From a virus (taxonomy: Duplodnaviria; Caudoviricetes): 64,000 nt of DNA. Location: IMG/VR virus record IMGVR_UViG_3300049846_001081. The stretch is one strand, 5' to 3'. Below the pieces are notes generated by a model, which ran no database searches, was not told the DNA's origin, and saw only the letters and a program-made list of their open reading frames with translations. Shown here in pieces: positions 16,023 to 27,700 of the stretch (position 1 is the stretch's first letter; each line of letters begins with the position of its first letter). Both the position numbers and the translations under genes were made by a program.

Positions 16023-18459
16023 CTTAACAGATTTAGAATCACAAGTCAAAAGGTCAAAAATTTCTGCGACAAGTTTTAAGAGACAGGGTTTGTTTGGATC
16101 TTCTGATCAAATTATTAGTATCCACAAGACTATAGGAAATCTTGCTGGGCATGTAAGAAAAACTGTAATAAGAATTAATACGTTAGAAAAACTTGTTGAT
16201 AATCAGTCAAGAAAAATCACAAGTTTAAAAAACATTTCTGGAATACAAGGTCAGAGAATTGGTGGAACAAATATTGGTGCAAAATTACCTGGTGGTTCTG
16301 TTGATAATTTAAATAAGACAATTTCAACCATTGAATTGACAGTATCTTCTATTGCAGAAACATTAAAAGCACAAAAGAAAACGTCTGATGCTACGACTGA
16401 AAATGAAAGAAAAAAGGCGGAAAGAGAGAAAAGGGGATTAGCGGAAAGTAAATTAGAAAAAGTTTTTGGTGGAATTGCGAAAACAGCTCAGGCACTTATT
16501 GCTCCAGTTAAAAGTATCATTGATAGAATACTTGATTTTATTAAAACTGTTATTCTGGGAAGGATTATTTACAAATTAGTTGGATGGTTTGGTGATCCTA
16601 AGAATGCAGATAAAGTTAAATCAATAATTCGTTTTGTTAAGGATTGGTGGCCTGCGTTATTGAGTGCTTATATTATATTTGGAACATCCTTTGGGAGGTT
16701 CACTACAAAAATTATTGGAATGGTGGCACGGTTTGCTATTCAGATTGCTACCAAAGCAATTCCTGGATTGATTACTCTTGCCAGACGAAATCCAGCAACG
16801 GCAGCACTTGCTATTGGAACAACAACATACTTAACTAATCAGGCTCTTAATCCATCAACACAAGGAAATCAAGAGAAGCAAGGTTTCTCTGGTGGTGGAT
16901 ATGCGAGACCAAGAGGATTCCGTGGCGGTGGTCTTGCAAGTTTAAGAAGATTTTTTGGTTTTGATAATGGTGGATATCCTGGATATGTGAGTGGGCAAAA
17001 GGGTGTTGATAAAATCCCTGCAATGCTTAGTGATGGTGAGTTTGTGATGTCTCGCGGTGCAGTTCAAATGTATGGTGCAGATACATTAGCTGCGATGAAT
17101 GCTGCTGGAGGTGGAACAAACAGACCTAAGATTATGGGAGGAACTGCCTACGCTCAGGGTGGTGGACCTATGGGCAGGATGCCTAATCCAGATCCTAATT
17201 ATAAAGATCCTGTTTTGGATGATAGACTTAATTTGATGAAGTCTCTTGAAAAGTATGCTAGATCACAAGTTTCTGCTGGTGGAGATGGAAATCTTATCAA
17301 GGCTTTAAATGATGTAGCACTTTCTTTAAAGGGTCAAGGTGCAAGTTCTAGTTCTGGGAGTGGATTCCGATTACCAGGATTACCTTCTGGTGGTGGATTT
17401 ATGTCAGCAGGAAAACAAGTATTAAATTCCTTGCAAAGCAACTTTAATACCATTAGAGACGTTGCTAGAAATGCTTCCGACTCTGTTAGTAAATTGGGAA
17501 CGGGTAAAAAATATAAGATGATGGCAGAAAATAATGAAAGGAAAAGTCAAGAGGCGATTAGTAAATATGATGCTTGGATACAAAGTTTGCCTAAAGGATT
17601 TTTAAAAGACACAATGAATAGGGGATTGATTCCCATCCCAACGGGAAATTCTTTTGGTATGACTGGATTAACATATGTTAAAGCTATGATGGGTCCATTG
17701 GGAAGACCCTTCAAAATATTAAGTAATGAGTCTGTTGATAAAGCAAGACAAGAGATGATTGATAGAACAGCAGCAGCAAATGGTTTAAAAGTTGGTGCTG
17801 ATGGAAAAATGTCTATGGAATGGAATAGAGTTTCTGGACAGGGTTCTGGTCAGTATACCGATGACCTTAAATCTTTGGGAGGTGCTAGTGGATTTGGTGG
17901 AGGAAAATTCTTTAATTCCACTTTTGGTAGATGGTCCGGAACACAAAAAGGAGATAAGATAGTTACTAATGATGTATATAATTTTAATGAACCTGTCGGT
18001 GTATATGCTAAAAAATCAATGGATGCTATAAAGAAGGGTGATATAGGACAAGGATTCTATAATATTTTATCTATGGCTGGAAAATTTGCTCAAGACATTG
18101 GTTGGATGAATCAAAGAGCACTTGGATCAGAGATTGAAGTTGGTTCTGTAAAAAATATTGATCCAAAAACTGGAAAACCAAAAGCATTACCATCTTCAGT
18201 TACAATGTATGGTCCAAATGATCCCAGAAGAAAACAAACGGGACCATACAAATCTAGATTTGCAAAACCAAAACCTAAGACACTACCAGTAAAACCACCA
18301 ACTAGAACTACGACAGTAATGCAGGGACAAACTGCAGTGACGATGTATTCTAAGAATGATCCGAGAAGAAAGAGTAATGGAACTTCAACTCCTAGATTTA
18401 GTGCTAGACCTTCCTCTAGTTCTAAGCATAAGATTTTGGGCATTACTTTACCTTTTTAA
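16006..18459 (+). CDS. Tape-measure / hub-like protein 1
   Basis: Follows gp51; coiled-coil N-terminus, Gly/Ala-rich core, DKIPAMLSDGEFVM motif. Confidence 0.65.
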   Translation: MPTSNDLTDLESQVKRSKISATSFKRQGLFGSSDQIISIHKTIGNLAGHVRKTVIRINTLEKLVDNQSRKITSLKNISGIQGQRIGGTNIGAKLPGGSVDNLNKTISTIELTVSSIAETLKAQKKTSDATTENERKKAEREKRGLAESKLEKVFGGIAKTAQALIAPVKSIIDRILDFIKTVILGRIIYKLVGWFGDPKNADKVKSIIRFVKDWWPALLSAYIIFGTSFGRFTTKIIGMVARFAIQIATKAIPGLITLARRNPATAALAIGTTTYLTNQALNPSTQGNQEKQGFSGGGYARPRGFRGGGLASLRRFFGFDNGGYPGYVSGQKGVDKIPAMLSDGEFVMSRGAVQMYGADTLAAMNAAGGGTNRPKIMGGTAYAQGGGPMGRMPNPDPNYKDPVLDDRLNLMKSLEKYARSQVSAGGDGNLIKALNDVALSLKGQGASSSSGSGFRLPGLPSGGGFMSAGKQVLNSLQSNFNTIRDVARNASDSVSKLGTGKKYKMMAENNERKSQEAISKYDAWIQSLPKGFLKDTMNRGLIPIPTGNSFGMTGLTYVKAMMGPLGRPFKILSNESVDKARQEMIDRTAAANGLKVGADGKMSMEWNRVSGQGSGQYTDDLKSLGGASGFGGGKFFNSTFGRWSGTQKGDKIVTNDVYNFNEPVGVYAKKSMDAIKKGDIGQGFYNILSMAGKFAQDIGWMNQRALGSEIEVGSVKNIDPKTGKPKALPSSVTMYGPNDPRRKQTGPYKSRFAKPKPKTLPVKPPTRTTTVMQGQTAVTMYSKNDPRRKSNGTSTPRFSARPSSSSKHKILGITLPF

Positions 18460-18469
18460 GAAATAAAAA

Positions 18470-21364
18470 ATGGCAATTTCAGCAGATAAACTCTTAAACA
18501 GACCATCAGAACTTCATAGGCGATACGCTGGAAGACTTGCCATGAAAGAAGATCTTCAGAAACGTATCGTTCAGGGTGGATCTACTAATATAATTTTAAC
18601 TAAAAAGACTATAAAGAGTATTGATGTTATAAAAGATAAAGTCATTGAAATTGATGTTCTGCTCAAAGGAACTCTTGCCGTAGAAAAGAAAAAATTAGAC
18701 CAACAGAAGAGACAGGAGAGTGGTAAAAGGAGAGAGAAACAGGAAGAAAAATTAGAAACAAAACCACAATCTGGAAGTGGTCCGATTAAAATGCCTAGTC
18801 TTCCGAGAATGGGATTTCTCGGATGGGTTAAAAACTTTATTGGTAATATAATTCTTGGATACTTTGCAGTAAGACTTGTAAAGTTTTTACCATTAGCAGT
18901 TCCAATTGTTAAATTTATTGGTAAAGCAACCGACTTTGTAATTGATCTTGGTGGAAAACTTTTAGATGGTCTTGTTACATTTATTGATTGGGGTTATAAG
19001 GCATATGATGCGACTCGTGGATTTATGAAGAACTTGTTTGGTGAAAATCAAGCAAAAGAATTTGATAAACTTTCCAACGCTTTGGATCAATTTTTAAATC
19101 TAGCATTGATTGTTGGAATGGCTACCGCTGCGGGTGGGGGTTTTGGTAAACCAGGAAGAGGACCTGGACCTGGAGGTAAACCAACAAGAGGATTTCGTGG
19201 AGTTACACAAGGAAGAGGAGGTCAAACACCTACAGGAAAACCTAGAATTACTGGAGATGTTGGTCCTAAATGGTGGGAGAAAATAACATCTAGATTAAAA
19301 GGTGGTCCATTTTCTAAACTAGCAGGACCCTTATCAAAATTTGCTGGTTCAGCAATTCCATTTGCTGGAGCAGCTATTGGTGCCTTAGATGCAAAAGCAA
19401 GGTTCTCAAGAGGAGAGCAACTTGGTGGATGGATGGCAAGTGTCTCATCTGCTCTTGATGCATTTTCTGGAGTGGCTGCGGCAACTGGATTGGGACTTCC
19501 TATAGCTGCTGTTGCTACTGCAATATCAATTGGTATTGATGCAGTCTTATTGGTTAGTGATATTATAAAAGCATTCGGTGGACCAACGGTTCCTGGAATG
19601 GTTGGTGGTGGAAGAGTACCTGTAACTCGTGGTGGGAAGGTATCAGGTGGGGTTAGAAGATCTATTGGTAGTCAGAAAGGAAAGTATCAAAGAACTATTC
19701 CACAAAAACCAGGAAAAGTTGAGATAACTTCTCCTGGCGCAGATGTTGGTGGTAAAGATAAACTGTTTGGTATATTTCCAAATCCTCTTGCCACAGCACA
19801 AAAAGTTGTGGATGCAATAAATCCATTTAAAGCAGTTAAAGATGCTGGTGAAGAACTTGGAAAGACTGATTATTTTGGACCTATTCTTGCAATTTCATCT
19901 AAAATAACTGCTGGTCAAAAACCATCTCAACAAGACTATCAAAATGTTGGTCGTGGACTTAACTTATTAATCGCAAAAGGAATACAAGATAAACAATTAA
20001 AAGGTGGTATTGTAGCTGCTTTCGCTGAGGGTGGTCTCGTAGATCCTGATGTACTATCCGCAGCTGAAACTGGTGGTGATATTACTAATTGGGTTGCAAA
20101 AACATTCCAAGGTGAGATTGAAAGTAATGCACAAAAAACTTTGAGAATGATTCGTGAGAATGCTGATAAGAAAAAATATGAAGAAGGAACTAAAGGTGAA
20201 GGTGAAGGTGGAAATGTTGGTGGAACGGCAGGACAATTTTCTCCAACAGGAATTCAAGGTGATATCTATAAGTATCTCCTTTCAAAAGGAATGAGTGATA
20301 ATCATGCACTTGGTATTATGGCAAATATTCATCGGGAAAGTGGTTTTAGACCTGGAGTTTCTGAGAGTGGTGGACCTGGAGTTGGTCTATTCCAATACTC
20401 TAGTGGTGGTAGAAAATCTGCATTCTTAAAAGCAGTTCCTGACTATGCAACTAATTGGAAAGGGCAGATTGATTTTGCAATAAAGGAAGATGTGGCACCT
20501 CAATATTTCAAGCAAAACTTTTCATCTGCACAAGATGCTGCTGACTGGTGGATGAGAAAGTGGGAAAGACCTGCAGAATATATTCAGAATGATAAAGGTC
20601 CAAAAATCCATGCACAATATCTTGCTGGATTGCAAAAATATAAAACACAAAGAGGATATCAGATTCCAGGATCTGTTGGGGGAGTAACCACAGCGACGGC
20701 AACAGGATCAATGGGAGAGAGACAAAAAAATGCAGGAGAACTTGGAAGTTTTATTAAATCGTTGGGTGTTGCAAAGGGAAGTGGAGTTCATGAACATCCA
20801 CAGCATGGTGGAGTAAAGGGATATCATAGAGGAAGAGGGCATTATGAAGGAAGAGCAATTGACATTGGTGGGTGGGGTGGAAAATATGGTAGAGCAAATT
20901 TAGGTCCACGATTTGTTGATGATCAATCTGCTATTCTATCTGCAATTAATCAATTTGCTGCAAAGACAGGTAAAAAACCATCTCTTGTCCTTCATGGTGA
21001 TAACGATCCTGGTCATTGGGATCACGTTCATGCAGAGTATGAAGAGGGAGGAGAAACTTTACCTTATCCACATTTAGCTATGGTTGGTGAAAAAGGAAAA
21101 GAGATAGTCATTGATGCTGACAGTGCAGGACCTGCAAAAGATATGCTCCTTGCAATTAATCAAGCAAAAGGATATAAAGGAGTAATGCAAGCAATACAAC
21201 AGTATGCTCCTTATGACATGCTAGCACCACAAACAATCATTATGCAATCACAGCAGTCTCCATCTGGTGGTTATGGTTCAGACTCTGATATGGGTGGCGG
21301 TCTAGTTGCAATGTTTGGTGGAATATCAGAGGATCCATTTGAGTCTCTTGATATTGGTGGGTAA
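18470..21364 (+). CDS. Tape-measure / hub-like protein 2 with tail-lysozyme and Zn-peptidase-like domains
   Basis: GIMANIHRESGF…GLFQY (phage tail lysozyme); HYEGRAID…HWDHVH (H-x6-D plus HxH); AMVGEKGKE motif. Confidence 0.7.
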   Translation: MAISADKLLNRPSELHRRYAGRLAMKEDLQKRIVQGGSTNIILTKKTIKSIDVIKDKVIEIDVLLKGTLAVEKKKLDQQKRQESGKRREKQEEKLETKPQSGSGPIKMPSLPRMGFLGWVKNFIGNIILGYFAVRLVKFLPLAVPIVKFIGKATDFVIDLGGKLLDGLVTFIDWGYKAYDATRGFMKNLFGENQAKEFDKLSNALDQFLNLALIVGMATAAGGGFGKPGRGPGPGGKPTRGFRGVTQGRGGQTPTGKPRITGDVGPKWWEKITSRLKGGPFSKLAGPLSKFAGSAIPFAGAAIGALDAKARFSRGEQLGGWMASVSSALDAFSGVAAATGLGLPIAAVATAISIGIDAVLLVSDIIKAFGGPTVPGMVGGGRVPVTRGGKVSGGVRRSIGSQKGKYQRTIPQKPGKVEITSPGADVGGKDKLFGIFPNPLATAQKVVDAINPFKAVKDAGEELGKTDYFGPILAISSKITAGQKPSQQDYQNVGRGLNLLIAKGIQDKQLKGGIVAAFAEGGLVDPDVLSAAETGGDITNWVAKTFQGEIESNAQKTLRMIRENADKKKYEEGTKGEGEGGNVGGTAGQFSPTGIQGDIYKYLLSKGMSDNHALGIMANIHRESGFRPGVSESGGPGVGLFQYSSGGRKSAFLKAVPDYATNWKGQIDFAIKEDVAPQYFKQNFSSAQDAADWWMRKWERPAEYIQNDKGPKIHAQYLAGLQKYKTQRGYQIPGSVGGVTTATATGSMGERQKNAGELGSFIKSLGVAKGSGVHEHPQHGGVKGYHRGRGHYEGRAIDIGGWGGKYGRANLGPRFVDDQSAILSAINQFAAKTGKKPSLVLHGDNDPGHWDHVHAEYEEGGETLPYPHLAMVGEKGKEIVIDADSAGPAKDMLLAINQAKGYKGVMQAIQQYAPYDMLAPQTIIMQSQQSPSGGYGSDSDMGGGLVAMFGGISEDPFESLDIGG

Positions 21365-21387
21365 ATAGAAATAAGAGGTAATAACAA

Positions 21388-22740
21388 ATGGCAAATCCAA
21401 TAATTTCAAAAAGTGCTGAATCCTCTTTTATAGAGAGAATAGATATTGTTTCCAATAAAGATCAAAGTAAAACGGTAAGTGTTACAAATGGCACTATTCG
21501 TTTGATGTATTATGAAAGTATTTTACAAGACTCAATTAGGGCAACAGTAACGTTTGCAGATACGGGAAATGCTATTGATAATAAGACTGTTTTGGAAGGA
21601 TTGCCATTGGTGGGTCAAGAAAAAGTATATGTTAAATTTTCTGATAACAATGGTTCCAAGTTAGAACTTACATTATATGTAAACAAGGTAACCCCAATAA
21701 CTGAAGATACTACAAAATCTATGGTTCAGATGGAATTAGTATCTAAAGAATTTATTTTGAATGAAAAGGTTAGATTAAACACTAGATTTGATGGTAAAAT
21801 ATCCGAACATATTAGAAAGATCCTAACAGATCAAAATTATCTTTCTACACAAAAGAAGATTGCTATTGAAGAAACATCAAACAATTATAATTTTGTAGGT
21901 AATAACAGAAAACCATATTATGCAATGAATTGGTTATCTAAGAAAGCAGTATCCGCACAGAATCAAAAGAATGGGGATAGTGCTGGATACTTTTTCTTTG
22001 AAACATCTGAAGGTTTCTTTTTTAAATCTATTGACGGTTTATTAGCGCAAGAAAAGAAAAAGTCCATTACATTTAATCAATCACCAGATTCTAGAGGAGA
22101 AAATATTCCTGCTGGATATGATGTTAAAGCATTAGATTATTCTAAAGATAATAATGTGGATGTTCAAGAAAAATTAAAGATGGGTGCTTTTTCTACCCGA
22201 ACAATTTTGTTTGATCCATTTTCTTGTTATTATGAAGTTATTACTCCAAATGCAAAAGAAAAGGAGCAATCATTAAAACTTGCTGGTAAAGAACTCCCAA
22301 CATTAAATCCGGAGTTTAATAAGTCTGGAAATAATAAAGATTTCTCTAGAACGACATACTATCTCTTAGATAAAGGTACTTTACCTTCTGGTAGTGGTGT
22401 TGGTAAATCACAACAGCAGTTAGAAAAATCAAAAGAACAAAACTTTGATCCAAAAAATATTTTAAACCAGTCTATAATGAGATACAATCAATTGTTCTCC
22501 GCAAAAAGCACAGTGACAATAGCAGGAGATTTTTCATTACATGCTGGAGATGCTATTTTTATAGACGCTAAGCAACTTTCAGATGCTGATGAGGAATTAA
22601 ACAAGGAATATGGAGGTCTATATATTATAGCAGATTTATGTCACTATATTTCTCCAAAAGAGACCTATACTAAACTTAATTTGGTAAGAGATTCTTTTGG
22701 AAGAACTGGTAATCACACCTCTGGAAAAATACCATTATGA
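21388..22740 (+). CDS. Baseplate hub / tail protein (gp27-like position)
   Basis: YYESILQ, GYFFFETSEGFFFKSIDGL and GDFSLHAGD…GGLYII motifs; lies upstream of gp5. Confidence 0.6.
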   Translation: MANPIISKSAESSFIERIDIVSNKDQSKTVSVTNGTIRLMYYESILQDSIRATVTFADTGNAIDNKTVLEGLPLVGQEKVYVKFSDNNGSKLELTLYVNKVTPITEDTTKSMVQMELVSKEFILNEKVRLNTRFDGKISEHIRKILTDQNYLSTQKKIAIEETSNNYNFVGNNRKPYYAMNWLSKKAVSAQNQKNGDSAGYFFFETSEGFFFKSIDGLLAQEKKKSITFNQSPDSRGENIPAGYDVKALDYSKDNNVDVQEKLKMGAFSTRTILFDPFSCYYEVITPNAKEKEQSLKLAGKELPTLNPEFNKSGNNKDFSRTTYYLLDKGTLPSGSGVGKSQQQLEKSKEQNFDPKNILNQSIMRYNQLFSAKSTVTIAGDFSLHAGDAIFIDAKQLSDADEELNKEYGGLYIIADLCHYISPKETYTKLNLVRDSFGRTGNHTSGKIPL

Positions 22741-22955
22741 GCGACAAAAGTATTCAACAGCACATTAATGATGATAAGGATCTTCTAGACAATGCTACAC
22801 TTTCTCCTCAAATGAGAAGGCATGTTGAGGACGAATTGGGACATTTGGAAAAATATCAAGCTAATCATCCAGATGATGATCATGATCCAACAGCATTTGA
22901 AATGTATTGTGATGAAAATCCAGATGCATCAGAATGCAAGATCTATGAAGATTGA
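22737..22955 (+). CDS. cp12: CP12-like Calvin-cycle inhibitor
   Basis: C-terminal FEMYCDENPDASECKIYED motif with the CP12 Cys pair; 72 aa. Confidence 0.85.
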   Translation: MSDKSIQQHINDDKDLLDNATLSPQMRRHVEDELGHLEKYQANHPDDDHDPTAFEMYCDENPDASECKIYED

Positions 22956-22961
22956 TAACTG

Positions 22962-24698
22962 ATGGAAGGTGGAGCACTATTTAATCCTGGATTTTTAGGA
23001 GGCAGTTTCCTCTGGTGGATCGGTCAGATTGCTGATGATTCCACTTGGAGGGATAATGTTCTTCCTGGAAAATTTTCTGATAAGAATAGTGTTCCTGGAT
23101 GGGGAAGAAGATATAAAGTAAGAATTATTGGTCTTCATGACCGTGAGGAAGAAACTATTTCATCTGATCAACTTCCTTGGGCACAAGTGATGTACCCCAT
23201 CACTGCGGGTGGTGGTCAAACTGCATCATCACAAACACCTAATCTTCGTCAGGGAAATTTTGTATTTGGATTTTTTCTTGATGGTCAGGACCAGCAAGTT
23301 CCTGTCATCATGGGTGTATTGGGAAACAATACACAAACTGTTTTATCTAATAAAACTGGATTAACGGGAGGACAAAACTTTTCTCCTCAAAGCGGATACT
23401 CAACTACACAAGAAACAAAAACAGGAACTAAAAAAGAAAAAGTTCCTGATGAAGATAAAGTTCTTGTAAAACCAAAAACACCAGAACAATCATCAGAGTG
23501 TGCTCCCCCTCCACCTGGAGTTTCTGTAAATAAGTATGGTCTCCGTTCAGATAAAGCTTTAACATCTACCCAGTTTGCCGACGCTCAAAATGCAAGATCC
23601 GAAGCGGATCAAAAGGGATTAACGGGTGCAGAAAAAGATGATTATATTCAACAAAAAGTAGCACAAGGAATTAAGAATCGTTGTAAAGAAGCAAGTTCAC
23701 CAACATCACCATCCCAACCCGGAGCATCAAAAGAAAACGCTGATGCTGTTCATCAGTCTAGTAGTGGAGATAAAAAAAGAGAAGATAAGTATCAAGAAAA
23801 AATACCTCTAATGAAACCCGATGATAAAGTTGGGTCTGCAATTAAATGTATTCAAACAGTATTAGACAATTTGATGCAACAGATATCAAAATATTTAAAT
23901 GCAATTACTTGTTATGCTGACGCTGTTTCTAATATCATTAGCAGAATACAAAGTTTAATTTCTAATGCTGCTTGTATTATTGCTAAGTATATGAAGATTG
24001 TTTTTGATAAGATTATGGAATATGTTTTAAAAATATTGAACACTCAACTTACTAAAGCAGTATCTGCAACACCATCTAGTATGAGATTTATGTTTGCAGA
24101 TATAAAAGAATCTATCACTGAACTTATCTTATGTCTTTACAATAAAATTACAGCAGGACTGTGTGGATTGATTGAGAGTTTATTAAATGGTGTATTGCAA
24201 CCAGAACAGGTAGAAAACCAAGTTAGAGAAAATTTAAACAATAATAAAAGAAAAATTCCTGATGTGCCTGTATGTTATGCAGAAGATGTTGTTGCACAAG
24301 TAATTTCTTTGAATAAAGATCAAATTAATTCTGCTAACAATTCGTTGCTTGATAATATAAATGCATTTCTTGATGATATTCAAGGTCAAATTGCTGGAGT
24401 AACTGAATCATTATCTGATATAACTTCTCTTGTTGGGGATATTAACGGCAGTATGTCTTCTGCTTTAAGTTTTGAAAATCTTAAATTAAATATTTTTGGA
24501 TGCGAACTCGCTCCAAATGTAGCAGTGTCTGATTTCTATACATTTGCAAGAGGTGGAGCTGGTCAACCTGATTCACAAACTCCAAACCTTAAGTCTATTG
24601 AAAATAATGTGGAACAAACACCACCAACAACTTCAGTTCAAGAAGTTCCTTACGTTGAACCAACTAAAGCAACTGCTGATGTTAATTTGAAAAGATAA
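22962..24698 (+). CDS. gp5: Baseplate hub / spike gp5-like protein (N-terminal OB domain)
   Basis: WWIGQI…GRRYKVRIIGLH…LPWAQV…FGFFLDG…PVIMG; no T4 lysozyme motif seen. Confidence 0.8.
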   Translation: MEGGALFNPGFLGGSFLWWIGQIADDSTWRDNVLPGKFSDKNSVPGWGRRYKVRIIGLHDREEETISSDQLPWAQVMYPITAGGGQTASSQTPNLRQGNFVFGFFLDGQDQQVPVIMGVLGNNTQTVLSNKTGLTGGQNFSPQSGYSTTQETKTGTKKEKVPDEDKVLVKPKTPEQSSECAPPPPGVSVNKYGLRSDKALTSTQFADAQNARSEADQKGLTGAEKDDYIQQKVAQGIKNRCKEASSPTSPSQPGASKENADAVHQSSSGDKKREDKYQEKIPLMKPDDKVGSAIKCIQTVLDNLMQQISKYLNAITCYADAVSNIISRIQSLISNAACIIAKYMKIVFDKIMEYVLKILNTQLTKAVSATPSSMRFMFADIKESITELILCLYNKITAGLCGLIESLLNGVLQPEQVENQVRENLNNNKRKIPDVPVCYAEDVVAQVISLNKDQINSANNSLLDNINAFLDDIQGQIAGVTESLSDITSLVGDINGSMSSALSFENLKLNIFGCELAPNVAVSDFYTFARGGAGQPDSQTPNLKSIENNVEQTPPTTSVQEVPYVEPTKATADVNLKR

Positions 24699-24736
24699 AT
24701 ATGAATAATGGAATCCAAGAAAAGATTGTAATATAA

Positions 24737-27700
24737 ATGTCTTTTAATATTTTTGGTCCTGCATCACAAGACGTAATTAGAGTCGGTTATATTTCAACCG
24801 ATAGAGGGTTTGTTGATGGAGTGTCTGTTTGTGAAGCAAATGAATATGCAAAATTAAATCCTGGTGTTCAGTTTGTTTTTAAGACAAGAGACTTCATTAA
24901 GTATTTGAATATTAATGAAGTTAATCAACTTACACCGAATGACTTAGTATCAGCAGGTAATACCTGTAGTGGAATTAAATTTGAGTCTGAATGTGGTCCT
25001 GCCCAAGCTTATTTTTATGGTGGTGGCGGTGTAGGTGTTCAGGGTAATCCTGTTGTTGGTGAAGATGGATCAATACTTGCTGTTGATGTAGTTTCTGGTG
25101 GATTTGGATATCAATATCCACCAATTGTGGAAGTTAGGGATAAGTGTAATATTGGAGTTGGTGCAGTTACTCGTGCTGTTCTTGGTGAAGTTACGGAAAC
25201 AGTGGAGTATTATGATCAGGAAGATGACTTTGAAGAATATGAATTGTGTGATCCTACTGATGTTGGATATGGATTAAGATTCGGTCCAGATGGAAATCCA
25301 TTGGGACCTTGGGAACCAAGTTTATATGCAAGTCTAACACAAGATCCTATTGCTAGAGAAATTAAAGAGTACCAGGACTTTTTGCAACAATTACAAAATC
25401 CTTGGTGGACTACAAGAAAAGAAGTTCCTTTAAGATTAACCTCAGGTTCCAAAACAACAAGGACTAAATTTGATGTTACTGATAAGACATTTTTAGAATA
25501 CGCAAGAGCAAATGGAGATAAGAATCCTGTTGGGTGGAATGACTTTATGAATTCTTATGCAATATCACCAGTGCCTCCATCTAATGTTAAGGGAAGTGAT
25601 TTTGCTGGAATTCCTTTTACCTTTGAATGGGAAGAAGATTTTCCTTACGATGGTGAATATGTTTTTAAAGGACTGTGTGATAATAAGGCAGAACTCTATT
25701 TGGATAATTTAAAACTAGATGATTTGAGAAGTTTTAGAGATTCTCCAAATGTAATTAAAAAAAATATAACTGCTGGAGTTCATAGAATTAGACTTGATCT
25801 ATTAAATCTACCGGTAAAAAATACTCCAACTTCTGTAGCAACTACCACATCAATAAGTTCTAATTTAAAACTTAAATTCATTCAGAAAGGATCTAGTTAC
25901 TACATTGAAGCTAGTGGGAATGGTAGTGGAGAAGCACTCATTGTGATGGAAGTAAATGATGCTTCTTATATTGGAGGACTGGCTGCTAGAGAAGTTATTA
26001 TTCCATCAGACTCTGGTAAGTTAAAGTTTGAGAGAAAGGGGGTAATTAAAATAGGTTCTTTTGTAAGTGACATTGGTGTAGAAAAAAATGAGACAATAAA
26101 AAAGAAAGGAACTTTTACGGCAGGAAAGATCTACGGTCCCATTGAAATTATTGGTGCTACGACAGGCGCTGGAGTTCCAAAGGTAAGTAATAATAAATTG
26201 GCTCTCCTGGATACAGATGGCACTGATGAAAATATTAAAATTATAATTGCAGATATCAAAAATGATAAAACTAATTCATCTTCATCTTCATCATCATCAA
26301 CTTTATCCCAAAATGTAAAGGTAACAAATATTTTTAACACAATTGATTATATTAATAAAGCAGATAGAACTCTCTGGAGAACCTTTCCATCTGTTGGTAA
26401 AGATGGTGAGTTTATTCATCAATATGGAGTAACTCCATTTAATCCAAATACAACTGAGGCAAATACAAATAGTTTTGCTGGGACACATTTAATTCGTTGG
26501 GAAAACATTAACTTCCCTGTTGATGGAAATTATATTATAGAAACTATGGTGGATGATAATGTAACTTTATACATTGGTAACAGAACTGGTGGGGGAAAAG
26601 TTGATATTGGTAATGGATTAGTGTCTGTTGAAGAAGGTGGTGATGAAGTTGTAATTAGAAAACAAGGATTTAGTGGTCCTGGAAAGAGTACGGGAAAAAG
26701 CATACAAACAAAATTTTTTAAGGCAGGAAAATATAGAATTCGCGCTGAGTTGGAACAGATAAAAGGAAAGCCATTAGCGCAAGGTAACCCAATGGCTCTT
26801 GCCATAAACATTACACCAGCTTTCACTGGACAAAATATTGTTTCTGGATATTCTTGGAATGAAAATCCAATGGGCGTTGCATTAACAATTGATGCTCCAA
26901 TGCCTCCTATTCCACAGGAGCCAATTATTCTCCAAGAAGGTAGGTGTCCAAACAATCCAATCTGGTCAACTAGATTTCCAAATGGAAAAGAAAAATGGTG
27001 GCCTGTTAAATTTGACTCTAGAAGATGGAGCAAATTTATGAATCGTTATGCAATTTCTCCAGTAGCACCTTTTAGTAGAAAGGGAACTGATGGTGGAGGA
27101 ATTGTTTATCGCAATTCGTGGAATTTAGATATACCTTATGATGGATTTTATGCACTGAGAGGCACTGTAGATAATTTTGGTAAAATACTAATAGATGGCA
27201 AAGAAATTGTTGGCATTGGTAAAAAAGGAGCTACAAAATCAGTAAGATTGGATGGTTTTAATGTAGAAAACCCCACTTCAACAAAAATATTTTTAACAAA
27301 AGGTAAGCATACAATTGATGTTGAAGTTGAAAATGAAAAGACAGAAACTTATGAGTTAGTAGATAAAAAAATATTTAATACTGCTGATTGGGTTGTATCT
27401 ACAACTCAAACAAATGTTGTTGCAAAAATAAAACCAAAGTTCGTACAGCGAAACAATAAAATTTATCTTGAAGTTTCTGGATCTGGAACCGCAGATGTTG
27501 ATATTGTAATGGATGTAAATGATACTTCATATATTGCTGGGTTGGCTGCTAGGGAGGTAATCATTCCATCTGAATCAGGTAAATTGAAATTTACAAGAAA
27601 TGGATTAAACGCTAGAGGTTCTTTTGTTAGTGATATTAGTTTAGCAAAAGAAGAAAAGATAAAAAAAACTGGAACTTTTACCGCAGGAAAAACATATGGT

